Source: Gemmatimonadota bacterium (GTDB lineage Bacteria > Gemmatimonadota > Gemmatimonadetes > Gemmatimonadales > GWC2-71-9). Taken from it: 64,000 nucleotides of DNA. This document shows positions 51,787 through 63,877 of this stretch, one piece after another (position 1 is the first letter of the stretch; each line of letters opens with the position of its first letter). The notes under the pieces are model-generated. The model saw only the letters and a list, made by a program, of their open reading frames with translations, was not told the origin of the DNA and did not search any database. The stretch spans positions 759-64,758 of the forward strand of contig QHUT01000055.1 in NCBI GenBank assembly GCA_003222055.1, written 5' to 3'. The position numbers and the translations under genes were made by a program.

Positions 51787-53183
51787 CGCCGCTGGCGTGG
51801 CTCGCGTACCTCGCGATCATCGCGGGGTTCTGGGGCATCTGGTACTTCGTCGGCACGCGGGCGGGGGTGCTCTGGACCCGGCGCGCGCTCGGGGTGGGTG
51901 CGGCCGGAGCGCTGGCCGGTCTCGCGGCACTGTGGATCCCCTGGGGCCTCGACGCCATGCTCGCCGCCGACCTGGGGCTCGTCGCGCTGGTGTGGCTGGA
52001 CGCCGTGCTCGCCGCTCGCCCGGGCAGCGCCGGGCTGGGCGTGTCGCGCGACGCGCCCCCGGCGTTTTCGGTGGGCCGCGAGGCCGACGTCTCCTACCGC
52101 TGGGTGAATGGCACCCGGCGCATCGCCCGCCTGCGGGTACGCGAGCTGCGGCCCGACGTGCTGGGGGGCTCGCAGCCGTCGCGCCGCATCGCCGTGCCGC
52201 CGCTCGGCACCGCGCGCGACCGCGTCACCGTGCGGCCGGCGCGGCGCGGCCGCGAACGGGGGGGTGGGTTCGCGGTGGACTCGATCGGCCCGCTCGGACT
52301 GGGAGCGCGGCGCGACCGCATCGACCTGCCGTGGGACGCGGCCGTGTATCCCCCGCTCGTCACCGCACGCCTCCAGGCGTCGGTGGCGCGGGCGCAGCGG
52401 CGTCGCGAGCAGGGCATCACCCCGCTGCGACAGCTGGGCGAGGGCCGTCTGTTCGAGTCGCTGCGCGACTGGGTGCCGGGCGACGATCTGCGGCACATCG
52501 ACTGGAAGGCTACGGCGCGCCGCGGCAAGGTGATCACGCGGCAGTACGAGGCGGAGCGGCGCCAGCAGGTGCTGCTGGTGCTCGACACGGGCCGGCTGCT
52601 CACCGCGGAGATCGCCGGCCTGTCGCGGCTCGACTACGTGGTCCGTGCGGCGCTCGAGCTGGCGTACTCAGCGACGCAGCACGACGACAACGTCGGCGTG
52701 ATGGCGTTCGCCGACGGGGTGCAGCATTTCGTCGCGCCGCAGCGCGGCCGGGCGGCGCTGAAGCGCGTGCTCGACGTGCTCGCGGTGATCCAGCCGACGC
52801 TCGTCGAGCCCGACTACCCGGGGGCGTTCCGCTACCTCGCGGCGCGCAACCGCAAGCGTGCGCTCACCGTACTGTTCACCGACGTGATCGACCGCTTCGC
52901 GTCGGACGCCCTGGTCGCGAACGTCGCCAGCCTGCGGCCGCGCCACCTGCCCCTCGCAGTCACTCTCAAGAATCCCGAAGTCGAGCAGGTCGCGGCGCTC
53001 CGGCCGGTCGCGGCGCACGACGCGTTTCGCAAGGCGGCGGCCGAGGAGCTGCTGCGGGCCCGGGAGGAGGCGCTGGGACACATGCGGCGCGCGGGGGTCC
53101 TGGTGCTGGACGTCGCGCCCCAGCGGGCTGCCGAGGCGGTCGTGGCGCGGTACCTCGAGCTGAAACGCCGGGGGCGGCTATAG
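51783..53183 (+). CDS. DUF58 (VWA-like) protein
   Basis: FESLRDWVPGDDLRHIDWKATAR, LDTGR. Confidence 0.92.
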   Translation: MTPLAWLAYLAIIAGFWGIWYFVGTRAGVLWTRRALGVGAAGALAGLAALWIPWGLDAMLAADLGLVALVWLDAVLAARPGSAGLGVSRDAPPAFSVGREADVSYRWVNGTRRIARLRVRELRPDVLGGSQPSRRIAVPPLGTARDRVTVRPARRGRERGGGFAVDSIGPLGLGARRDRIDLPWDAAVYPPLVTARLQASVARAQRRREQGITPLRQLGEGRLFESLRDWVPGDDLRHIDWKATARRGKVITRQYEAERRQQVLLVLDTGRLLTAEIAGLSRLDYVVRAALELAYSATQHDDNVGVMAFADGVQHFVAPQRGRAALKRVLDVLAVIQPTLVEPDYPGAFRYLAARNRKRALTVLFTDVIDRFASDALVANVASLRPRHLPLAVTLKNPEVEQVAALRPVAAHDAFRKAAAEELLRAREEALGHMRRAGVLVLDVAPQRAAEAVVARYLELKRRGRL

Positions 53184-53255
53184 GTGCGCTGGATCACTTG
53201 GGTGTCCCGCCCGGCGGTTGTTACATTGACTCCCAACTCCGCCGGACTGGAGTGC

Positions 53256-54889
53256 ATGCGACGCAGTCGCAGTCGTGTCGCCCTGACGCTGGTGGTGATC
53301 AGTGCAACGGTCGCAATGTGCGTCTATCCCACCGAGCACGACGCGTCGGTGCACGTCAGCGTGACACCGCTCAAGATCCTGATTCGCGGGAACGACACCA
53401 GCGCTGCGGCCACCGCATGGCAAATCCGCGGGCCGGGCGACTCCGCGCTCATCCCCAATGTCGTGTTCACGTGGTCGTCGAGCGATCCGAGGGTCGCGAC
53501 TGTCGACGACGCCGGACACATCACCGGGGTCAAGTCGGGCGTCGTCACCATCCGTGCCGCTGCGGCCAACTTCGACAAGGCTGCGTTGCCCGGTGTGGAC
53601 ACGCTGCGGGTGACCGCGCCGCTCGAGATCGACAGCGTCGTTCCGGCCAGCGTGCGCTATGGTGGGCTCATCACCGCCTACGGTCCGGGCGCGGATGACG
53701 TTCTCGTGGCGAGCATGAAGGGCGTTCAGTTCCTGTTTCCATACCCTTTCTCGACCTTCCGCGACAGCGTGGGATACGGGCGGAGCGAGTTCTGGGTGCC
53801 GCCCCCCGCAGAGTCGGACTCGATCCTCTTCATCGGCAACGGCGTCCTCACGTTCAGCCACGACACGACGCACATCGTCAAACGGGACGTATTCGAGCCG
53901 AACGACACGACGCCCCACGATTTCGACCTCGACCTGACCGGACCATTTCCCACCCAGGCGGCGACGCTCCTGGTGTTCAACCCCGCCCTCTTCTTCGAGC
54001 CGCTCAAACGCGGAGAGACGTTCGGAGCGGACTGGTACCGGCTGACGCAATCGACGGCGCGTCCCTTGACCATCATCCTCACGGCGCCTTCGGTGCCGGG
54101 GACGTTCCAGACGTTCATCGCCGACTCGCTTGCCTGGGACGGAGCGACGAAGCAGTACGTGATCGGGTCGGACTCGTGGACCGACGGGCCGAGCTCGCAC
54201 GCTTGCCACGGTCGGGGCTTCTCGCCGTCGGAAGCGAACGGGGACTCGACCATCGTCGCGTTCAAGGGTGTCCAGCCGCCGGGGCTCGATGCCATCGCGA
54301 TCTACGGCCAGTCCGCCCGCTACGGGCTCACCGTGCTGGATACGTACGCAAGCGAGCTGCCGCCGGATGCGCACGAGGACGACAATTCCTGCAATGCCGC
54401 GGACTTGCGGGGCACCATGGTTGCGCCGTTCCGTGACACGTTGACGATCGAGAACCCGCATGACATCGACTGGATCAGATTCCACTACACGTCGGGGGGG
54501 CTCGGGACGACCGCACAATTCCGGTTGCATGCCTTCCCAGGGGTGCACCCGGATTCGCTGAAGGACCTGGACCTCTACGTCGCGAAGATCCCACAGGCCG
54601 GGGACACCGTCGTCCAGGTCCTGGCGGCCGATACGGCCGCCAGCTCGGACGTGGACCTGAGACCGTCTCTGGCCAGCGGAGACTACTACCTCGTGGTGCT
54701 GGACTTCGCAGGCACGACGACGAACTACGAGCTCTGCGTCGGCACCGTCCCCATCCTGGGCGGAGGGTTCTGCAGCACGGCCTTCCCGTTGCCGCCCGCC
54801 GCTTCATCCGGCTCGACTTCCCGACTCCGTACCACACGCCGATCGCCCGCGCGTGCATCAATGCCGGCGTTGCGCGTCCCGAGTCACAG

Positions 54890-54893
<4 letters not shown>
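53256..54893 (+). CDS. Exported Ig-like (Big_2) domain protein with PPC-like domains
   Basis: Signal-like N-terminus with Cys; TWSSSDPRVATVDDAG; D-x-x-E-P-N-D repeats; DLDLYV. Confidence 0.75.
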
Positions 54894-56415
<1,522 letters not shown>

Positions 56416-56419
<4 letters not shown>

Positions 56420-57447
56420 GTCCCATGGCCCGCTACCTTGGCGCAGTGGTGTGCTTCGCAGCTCTGGCCGTCCCGGCGCTGGGAGCCGCACAGGTGGCGC
56501 AGAACGCCACCGTGCGACGGGCGCAGCAGGCGTACGACAACCTGGAGTATCGCCAGGTGCTGACGCTCGCGCGGGCCGCGCTGCGCGAGCGACTCACCGG
56601 TGCCGAGCGTGCCCGGGCGTACGAGCTGCTGGGATTCACCTACGGCGCCATGGACTCGATCCTCAAGGCCGTGGACGCCTTCAAGCAGGTCGTGCTCATC
56701 GACCCGGAGCGACAGCTCGACCCCAACCGCGTGTCGCCCAAGGCGTATAGCGCGTTCGACGTGGCGCTGCGTCAGGTGCTGCTGGTGCGCCAGCTGCGGG
56801 TCGACAGCGTCAGTTTCGTGGGTGGGCAGGGGGCCGTGCCCGTGCGGTTCACGGTCACGCAGCCCGCCCGCGTGGTCGCGCGCGCCATCGGCACCGGGGG
56901 AACCGTCGTGATCGACTCGGGCGCGTGGAACGGGCAGGTGAACTTGCGCTGGCCGGCGCGCCTCGCGGGGGGAGACCCCGTGCCGGCGGGCACCTACACC
57001 GTCGTGGTCGACGCGCGCCTGGGTCAGAACACGTTTTCCGCGTCGCAGCCGATCCGCGTGAGTCATGGCCGTGTGGACACGGTGCCGTCCGTCACGAGTC
57101 TGCCGGGCTACCAGTTCCTCCCCGAGACCGAGATTCCGCCCCAAAGCTGGCGTCCGGTGGGGCTTGCTTTCCTTTATACCGGCGGCGCGCTCGTCGGCAC
57201 GCTCGGCCTCGAGAGCCCGACCCTCGGCTCGAGCTCCAAGCGGGAGCTCGGACTCGTGGGGGGAGCGGCGCTGGTGACGGGGTTCGTGATGATGCTCCGC
57301 AAGCCGGCGCCGCGCCCCGCCGAGGCCAATATCCTCTACAACCGGCTGCTGCGCGATCAGATCGCGCGGCGCAATCAGGACATCGCCAAGGAGAACGTGG
57401 CCCGGCGCCAGCAGGTGCAGGTCACGGTGGCGCCAGTGCCCAAATGA
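56416..57447 (+). CDS. Exported protein with TPR-like and FlgD-Ig-like domains and a C-terminal hydrophobic hairpin
   Basis: Signal peptide; AVDAFKQVVLIDP…SPK; GDPVPAGTYTV. Confidence 0.7.
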
Positions 57448-57454
57448 AGCCCAA

Positions 57455-58099
57455 GTGACGCGTTCGGCACTCGGCGCGCTGCTGCTGGCGCTCGCGCCGC
57501 GACCGGCGTCGGGCCAGCAGGTCACGGTCGGCCCGCAGGTCGTGCTGTCCGACTATCGCGAAGTCGCCGCGGGACTGCGGTATCGCGGCACCGGCCTCGG
57601 GGGCTCGCTGTGGGCGCGGCGGGACAGGCTCTCCGCCGAGGCGGCCGTGGTGCGCGTGAGCCTAGATCCCGCGGACGGCAGCGCCGCGACGGCGAGCTTC
57701 ACGACCACGCAGGTGGACGTCTGGGTCGCGTACGACGTGGCCGCGTACGCGAGCGTCGAGGTGGGCGTGCTTCACCGCAGCGCCGACCCTGAGTTCGACG
57801 CCCAATCGGTGGGAGCGGTGCGGGTGGGGGCGCGCTCGTTCTACGAGATCGGGCCGGGCGCGACGGTCGTGTTCCGCGCCAACTACCTCGCGGCGCCGAA
57901 ATTCTCGGGAGGGGGCCGCGCGGCCGTCTCGCTCGATCTCGGTCTCGGCCTCGACGTCCGGCTGGCAGGCCGGCTTCACGGCACCGCGACCTACGCGTTC
58001 AACCGCATGAACCGCAAGACCAACCCGGGCGGGACGGGGGAGATCGACGCGCCGATCCAGGAGACCCTGGCCCGCGTGGGCCTCGCCGTTCAATTCTGA
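57455..58099 (+). CDS. Putative outer-membrane beta-barrel protein
   Basis: Signal peptide, amphipathic strands, ends ARVGLAVQF. Confidence 0.7.
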   Translation: MTRSALGALLLALAPRPASGQQVTVGPQVVLSDYREVAAGLRYRGTGLGGSLWARRDRLSAEAAVVRVSLDPADGSAATASFTTTQVDVWVAYDVAAYASVEVGVLHRSADPEFDAQSVGAVRVGARSFYEIGPGATVVFRANYLAAPKFSGGGRAAVSLDLGLGLDVRLAGRLHGTATYAFNRMNRKTNPGGTGEIDAPIQETLARVGLAVQF

Positions 58100-58136
58100 A
58101 ACTCTGACCTAAACCTCACAGGACCCACACGCGGTC

Positions 58137-58164
58137 TTGACAGTGCGGTGCGCGGGCGTAGTCT
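58137..58164 (+). promoter_or_regulatory. Candidate sigma-70 promoter of the cytochrome-porin/oxidase operon
   Basis: TTGACA-N16-TAGTCT. Confidence 0.55.
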
Positions 58165-58276
58165 CAGCACGCAACCTCGTTGCGCGGTCGTTTCGCACCA
58201 ACATCGCTGACATGAGATACTGACCTTCCCCAGATCGCTTCCGTCGTCCGGGCCCGCACCAGACCAGGGGGGCACG

Positions 58277-59680
58277 ATGAGGGTACGCATCACGAGGCGT
58301 GGTGGCACTGCGCAGATGTCGTGGCTGTTAAGTGCGGCCGTAACGAGTGGTTGTCTGGCGGCCGCGCTGGCGCTGAGCGGGGGCCGATCCAAAGCGTACA
58401 CGGCATATTCGCTGGCCGTCCACAAGGCCTCGGCCATTCCCGCGTTCGCGCGGAAGTACGGACTGCGTTGCTCCGCCTGTCATACGGTGTGGCCCGAACT
58501 GAACGCCTTCGGTCAGCGGTTCAAAGACAACGGCTACCAGCTCGGCAACGAGCGGGACTCGCCGATGTGGCAGTCTCCTGCGTACTGGCCCATCGCCATG
58601 CGCACCACGCCGCAGTGGCACCTGGAGAGCACCACCCATCAGATCACCGACGCCGCGCCGGCGGGGAAGACCCTGAGCCAGACCGGCTTCGATCTCTCCG
58701 GCGTCGATTTTCTGCTGCTCGGCACCCTGCACAAGAACATCACGTTCGGCCTCGTGCCGACCCTGGACGCTGACGGCACCACGGGACTCGAGGCGGCCTT
58801 CGTGCGCTTCGACAATCTGGGCCAATCGCCCTGGGCGAATCTGAAAGTCGGCAAGTTCGAGCTCGACAATCTGCTCTCCGAGAAGCGGTTCACGTGGCTG
58901 TCGAACAACGGCGGGTTCCTCTACGCCTACCACTACCTGCCGAGCGGCAGCGCCAACAACTTCGGCTTCGGCGACAACCAGATCGGCGCCGAGTTCTCGG
59001 GCCATTCGTTCAACAGCTACACGCGCTACAGCGTGGCGCTGCTCACCACCGACGACGGGGAGCCGGGGTTGCCGGGCGGCAAGAGCATGGACGCCATGTT
59101 CACCTTGAGCCAGGCCTTCGCGCCGGGCGGCGGTCTAGGACCGCAGCGGGTCGGCGTGTTCGGCTATCTGGGACACCGTCCGACCACCTTCGAGACGGTC
59201 GTCGGCGCGCCGATTCCCGGCACAGGCGCGGGCAACAAGTCGTTCTACCGGATCGGGGCGACGGCACAGCTTTGGCTCGGCAACCTGGAGCTGCTCCCGC
59301 TCGTGTCCCATGCGCAGGATGACGCGGCGCTCGGTCCCGGCCCGGAGAAACCGACCTGGAACAACGCGCTGCTCGAGGCGCACTACGTGGCGACGCCCCG
59401 TTTCATGGTGCAGGGACGCTACGAGCTGACGCGCATGTCGACGCAGGGTGATCCCGCCACGCCCCAGACGCTCGGCGACGCCGACGCCTTCGCCCTCGGC
59501 TTCCGCTACTATCCCTTCATGATCAGCCGCGACGGGATGGCCCTGCACGGTGAATTCGCGATGACGAGGACGACCGGGACGGCGCCCCTCAGCGGGGACG
59601 GCTCCGGCGTCGATCCCGCGGACCCTGCGACGAAGGTGTGGAGCCGCAGCTTGCTGCTCGCCTTCGATTTCGCCTTCTGA
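58277..59680 (+). CDS. Cyc2-like monohaem cytochrome c fused to a porin
   Basis: AIPAFARKYGLRCSACHTVWPELNAFGQRFKDNGY matches the Cyc2 N-terminal signature; beta-barrel body; ends AFDFAF. Confidence 0.8.
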   Translation: MRVRITRRGGTAQMSWLLSAAVTSGCLAAALALSGGRSKAYTAYSLAVHKASAIPAFARKYGLRCSACHTVWPELNAFGQRFKDNGYQLGNERDSPMWQSPAYWPIAMRTTPQWHLESTTHQITDAAPAGKTLSQTGFDLSGVDFLLLGTLHKNITFGLVPTLDADGTTGLEAAFVRFDNLGQSPWANLKVGKFELDNLLSEKRFTWLSNNGGFLYAYHYLPSGSANNFGFGDNQIGAEFSGHSFNSYTRYSVALLTTDDGEPGLPGGKSMDAMFTLSQAFAPGGGLGPQRVGVFGYLGHRPTTFETVVGAPIPGTGAGNKSFYRIGATAQLWLGNLELLPLVSHAQDDAALGPGPEKPTWNNALLEAHYVATPRFMVQGRYELTRMSTQGDPATPQTLGDADAFALGFRYYPFMISRDGMALHGEFAMTRTTGTAPLSGDGSGVDPADPATKVWSRSLLLAFDFAF

Positions 59681-59693
59681 AAGGGGGGCGCCG

Positions 59694-60548
59694 ATGAGAT
59701 CACACACGCGATGGCTGGCCGTCGTCTCCGGGTGGGGCGTGCTCCTGTGCGCCGCCGGGGGAGGGGCAGCGCCCGCTCGGGCGCAGGAGTCCCACATCGG
59801 CGGCATGACGGGGCACGCCGCCGCAGCCAAGCCGCTGTACGAGCGCTATTGCGCCGGCTGTCACGGTGACGAAGGCGACGCCCGCGGCGAGAACGCGCAA
59901 TGGATCGATCCCAAGCCGCGCGACTTCACCATGGCCGTCTTCAAGTGTCGCTCGACCCCCACCGGCACCCTGCCGACGGACGCGGACTTGTTCGATGCCG
60001 TGACCCGCGGGTTCGTGACGACGAACATGCCCCCCTGGGTGGCCCTCACCCCCGGGAACCGGGCGGATCTGGTCGCGTACATCAAAACGTTTTCGCCGAA
60101 ATGGAAGACGGGCCACGCGGGAACGCCGATCACGATTCCTCCGGAGCCCGCGCTCTCGATCGAGAGCATGCGGCACGGCCGCGACCTGTTTCAGAAGATG
60201 GAATGCTGGAAGTGTCACGGCACGAGTGGGCACGGCGACGGGCCGTCCGCCGCGACGCTCACCGATAACAAGGACCTGCCGATTCACCCCTACGATTTCT
60301 CCAGCGGTTCGCGCTTCATGTGCGGCGTCACGAACCGCGACCTGTACAAGATCTTCATGACCGGGCTCGACGGCACGCCCATGCCGTCGTTCGCCGACGA
60401 CATCAAGCCCGCGGACGGGTGGGATCTCGTGCACTTCCTGCGCACGTTGCAGCCGCTCGATACGCCGGAGGCGCGGATGTGGAAGGCGTGGCTCGCGACC
60501 CACGCCCAGGAGCTCAAGCCGATCGGTCCACCGGGGACAGGGCAGTGA
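59694..60548 (+). CDS. Periplasmic dihaem cytochrome c
   Basis: Signal peptide; CAGCH…MPPW and CWKCH…MPSF. Confidence 0.92.
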   Translation: MRSHTRWLAVVSGWGVLLCAAGGGAAPARAQESHIGGMTGHAAAAKPLYERYCAGCHGDEGDARGENAQWIDPKPRDFTMAVFKCRSTPTGTLPTDADLFDAVTRGFVTTNMPPWVALTPGNRADLVAYIKTFSPKWKTGHAGTPITIPPEPALSIESMRHGRDLFQKMECWKCHGTSGHGDGPSAATLTDNKDLPIHPYDFSSGSRFMCGVTNRDLYKIFMTGLDGTPMPSFADDIKPADGWDLVHFLRTLQPLDTPEARMWKAWLATHAQELKPIGPPGTGQ

Positions 60549-60567
60549 TGTAAAGGAGGCCGTTCGT

Positions 60568-61290
60568 ATGCGCGTCCGCGATCTGATGCTCGTCGGTGGT
60601 GTGGGGCTCGGGGGAACCGCGATGATGATCGGACGGGCTGCGACGCCACCGGGCGCCACGATCAGCGGGAAGGTGACGTTCACCGGTACGCCCCCGAAGA
60701 TGAAACCGATCGACATGGCCAAGGAGCCGTTTTGCGCCCGGCTCCACGCCGCGGCCCCGGTGCTGACCGAAAACGTGACTACGGGCCCGGGCGACGCGCT
60801 GCGCTGGGTGCTGGTGTACGTCTCCGCCGGCGACCAGGGCTCCGCACCGGCGACGGAGACGGTGCGGCTCGATCAGAAGGGCTGCCAGTACATCCCCCAC
60901 GTGCTGGTCGTGCAGCCGAACCAGCCACTGGACATCTATAACGACGATTCCACGTCCCATAACATCCACCCGCTCGCCAAGGTGAATGCCGAGTGGAACA
61001 AGTCGCAGCCGATCGGGGCGCCGCCGATTCACGCCAAGTGGGAGAGCCCCGAGTTCATTCCCGTGAAATGCAACGTGCATCCGTGGATGCACGGCTGGCA
61101 TCTGGTGCTCACGACCTCCCATTACGCGGTGACCGGGGAGGACGGAGCGTTCCGGCTGCAGGGGCTGCCGCCGGGCAAGTACACGATCACCGCGTGGCAG
61201 GAGCAGTTCGGCACGCAGAGCCAGGACGTGACCGTCACCGGGAGTGAGACCAAGTCGGTCAGCTTCGTCTTCAAAGCCACGCCGTACTGA
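60568..61290 (+). CDS. Exported cupredoxin-like protein with a carboxypeptidase-regulatory-like domain
   Basis: DQKGCQYIPHV, HNIH, CNVHPWM (type-1 Cu ligand pattern); LPPGKYTITAW. Confidence 0.8.
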   Translation: MRVRDLMLVGGVGLGGTAMMIGRAATPPGATISGKVTFTGTPPKMKPIDMAKEPFCARLHAAAPVLTENVTTGPGDALRWVLVYVSAGDQGSAPATETVRLDQKGCQYIPHVLVVQPNQPLDIYNDDSTSHNIHPLAKVNAEWNKSQPIGAPPIHAKWESPEFIPVKCNVHPWMHGWHLVLTTSHYAVTGEDGAFRLQGLPPGKYTITAWQEQFGTQSQDVTVTGSETKSVSFVFKATPY

Positions 61291-61298
61291 GCGCCTCC

Positions 61299-62102
61299 GT
61301 GGGCAAACTGTTCGCTGTCGTGGTCACGATCATCACGGTCGTCTCGACCGCCATTTTCATCGCGCACACGTGGTGGCTGCCTCCTGACATCTCCGCCCAC
61401 GGGCACGCGATCGATCGTCAGCTTTCGGAGACGATGATCTCGTCCGGCGTGCTCTTCGTGCTCTCCCAGCTGGCCCTCGCGCTGTTCGCGTGGCGCTTCG
61501 GCGACCGCGAGGACGGACGCCGGGTCAAGCCGTTTCCGGGCGGCGCCACTCCCATGGTCGTGTTCGCCGCGGTCCTGGTGGGTGCCGAGATCCTGACGCT
61601 CACGCTCGTCGGCGCGAAGGTCTGGGCCGGCGTCTTCCAGACGCCGCCCGATCCGAACTCGCTGCAGATCGACGTGCAGGCCGAGCAATTCGCTTTTTAT
61701 TTTCGATATCCGGGGCCCGATGGCCGGTTCGGGGCCACCCACCCGGAGCTGATCAACGAAGCCAGTGAAAACTTTTTCGGACTGGATCCGGCGCGAGACA
61801 CCTCGGCGCGCGACGACATCGTCGTCCCGACGCTGACGATCCCGCTCAATCGGCCCATCGCGCTGACCCTGCGGGCCAAGGACGTCAACCACGCGTTTTA
61901 CGTGCCAGAACTGCGGATCCAGCAGGACTTCGTTCCCGGTCTCACCATCCCTCTGCATTTCACGGCGACCCAGACGGGGAGGTACGAAATCGTGTGCACG
62001 CAGTTGTGCGGCCTGGGGCACTACAACATGCGCGCGTACATCGAGGTGTTGCCCCAGGCGCAGTTCGACCAGTGGCTGAAGGACAAGGCGGCGCAACAAT
62101 GA
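61299..62102 (+). CDS. coxB: Cytochrome c oxidase subunit II
   Basis: Two TMs; DVNHAF and CTQLCGLGHYNM CuA motif; no fused cytochrome c. Confidence 0.93.
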   Translation: MGKLFAVVVTIITVVSTAIFIAHTWWLPPDISAHGHAIDRQLSETMISSGVLFVLSQLALALFAWRFGDREDGRRVKPFPGGATPMVVFAAVLVGAEILTLTLVGAKVWAGVFQTPPDPNSLQIDVQAEQFAFYFRYPGPDGRFGATHPELINEASENFFGLDPARDTSARDDIVVPTLTIPLNRPIALTLRAKDVNHAFYVPELRIQQDFVPGLTIPLHFTATQTGRYEIVCTQLCGLGHYNMRAYIEVLPQAQFDQWLKDKAAQQ

Positions 62103-63877
62103 CGCACGCCACAGTCGCAGGCGCTCACCGCCACGCGCCTCCGCAGGGCTTTCTCCGGAAACATGTCTTCAGTCTCGATCACAAGGTGATCGGGAAGCAG
62201 TACCTGGATCTGGCGCTGGTCGCGGTCTGCACCGGGATGATCCTCTCCTGGTTGATGCGTTTCCACCTGGCCTGGCCCGAGACGCCGATTCCGGGCCTCG
62301 CGAAACTGTCGCCCAACGGGGCCGCCGGCGGCGTGATCACGCCCGAGTACTACCTCTCGCTGATGACGATGCACGGCACGATCATGGTGTTCTTCGTCCT
62401 GACGACGGCGCCGTTTGCGGGGTTCGGCAACTATTTCCTGCCCATTCAGGTCGGGGCGGAGGACATGGCGTTCCCGCGCATCAACATGATGTCCTTCTGG
62501 GTCACCCTCGTGGCGTTCCTGGTCCTGATCAGCGCCTTTGTCGTGGGGGACGGACCGCCCCTGTCGGGTTGGACCGCGTACGCGCCGCTCTCCGCCGTCG
62601 GCAAGGACGCCGGTCCCGGCCAAGGCGTCGGCCAGACGCTGTGGGCGGTCTCCATCACGCTGTTTTGCGTCGCGCAGCTGCTTGGCGCCCTGAACTTCGT
62701 CACGACGACGCTCGATCTGCGGACGAAAGGGATGTCGCTCGCCCGCATGCCCTACTCCACCTGGGCGTGGTTCATCACCTCGGTCATCGGCCTCATCGCG
62801 TTCGCGGTCCTCATGCCCGCCTGCATCTTGTTGATCCTGGACCGCGTGGCGGGCACGAGCTTTTTCATTCCGGCGGGGCTGGTGATCAGCGATCGCCTGC
62901 AGCCGCATGCGGGGGGCTCGCCGCTCCTGTGGCAGCACCTTTTCTGGTTCTTCGGGCACCCGGAGGTGTACATCGCGATCCTGCCGGGGTTCGGCATCAT
63001 TTCGCACATTCTCCCGGTCTTTGCCCGGAAGCCGCTGCTGGGACCACGGGTCATGATCGCCTGTCTGGTCGCCATCGCCTTCCTGAGCTACACGGTGTGG
63101 GGCCACCACATGTTTTTGAGCGGCATGAACCCGTTCTCGGCGACGCTGTTCTCCGTGCCGACGCTGGTCATCACGATCCCCGCCACGATCGTGACCCTCC
63201 TGTGGATCGGCACGATCTACGGCGCCCGGCTGCGGTTCACGACGCCGGCCCTGTTCTGCCTCGGGTTCGTATCGGTGTTCGTGAGCGGCGGCATCAGCGG
63301 CTTCTTCCTGGCCCAACCGTCGATCGATACCTACCTGCACGGCACCTATTTCGTGGTGGGGCACTTCCATTTCGTCATGGGGGTCGCCGCCATGTTCGGC
63401 ATCTTCGCCGCGACGTATTTCTGGGCGCCGAAGATGTTCGGCCGCATGATGAACGAAACGCTGGGGAAGTGGCACTTCTGGCTCACCTTCATCGGCGTCT
63501 ATTGCGTCTTCATGCCGATGCACTACCTCGGCCTCGCCGGCAACGTGCGCCGCTACTCGGCGTTCACGGACGACTACCTGAAACCCCTGATCCCGCTGCA
63601 CCGCTTCATCACCGTCGCCGCTCTGTTCACTGGCGCGGCCCAGCTGATTTTCCTCTTCAACCTCATTCGCAGCCGGTTTCGTGGTCCCCAGGCCCCCGAC
63701 AATCCGTGGGAAGCGACCTCGCTCGAGTGGTCCACCACCTCGCCACCCCCCTTCGACAATTTCGGGGGACGACCGCCGGTGGTGGAGCGGGGTCCCAACG
63801 AGTACGGCATCGGGAGCGGCGCCCGCGGGGTGGATTATGGAATGCAGGCCGCGGCCGCTCGGGTGAGCGCGCGGTGA
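62099..63877 (+). CDS. coxA: Cytochrome c oxidase subunit I (A1-type)
   Basis: DHKVIG, HGTIMVFF, FWFFGHPEVYI, WGHHMF, HFH. Confidence 0.96.
   Translation: MTHATVAGAHRHAPPQGFLRKHVFSLDHKVIGKQYLDLALVAVCTGMILSWLMRFHLAWPETPIPGLAKLSPNGAAGGVITPEYYLSLMTMHGTIMVFFVLTTAPFAGFGNYFLPIQVGAEDMAFPRINMMSFWVTLVAFLVLISAFVVGDGPPLSGWTAYAPLSAVGKDAGPGQGVGQTLWAVSITLFCVAQLLGALNFVTTTLDLRTKGMSLARMPYSTWAWFITSVIGLIAFAVLMPACILLILDRVAGTSFFIPAGLVISDRLQPHAGGSPLLWQHLFWFFGHPEVYIAILPGFGIISHILPVFARKPLLGPRVMIACLVAIAFLSYTVWGHHMFLSGMNPFSATLFSVPTLVITIPATIVTLLWIGTIYGARLRFTTPALFCLGFVSVFVSGGISGFFLAQPSIDTYLHGTYFVVGHFHFVMGVAAMFGIFAATYFWAPKMFGRMMNETLGKWHFWLTFIGVYCVFMPMHYLGLAGNVRRYSAFTDDYLKPLIPLHRFITVAALFTGAAQLIFLFNLIRSRFRGPQAPDNPWEATSLEWSTTSPPPFDNFGGRPPVVERGPNEYGIGSGARGVDYGMQAAAARVSAR

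Noticed and set aside
58103-58120. CRP/FNR/Rex box upstream of the cytochrome-porin operon (TCTGA-N8-TCACA)
   Set aside because: Half-site spacing is 8 rather than 6; too weak to call.
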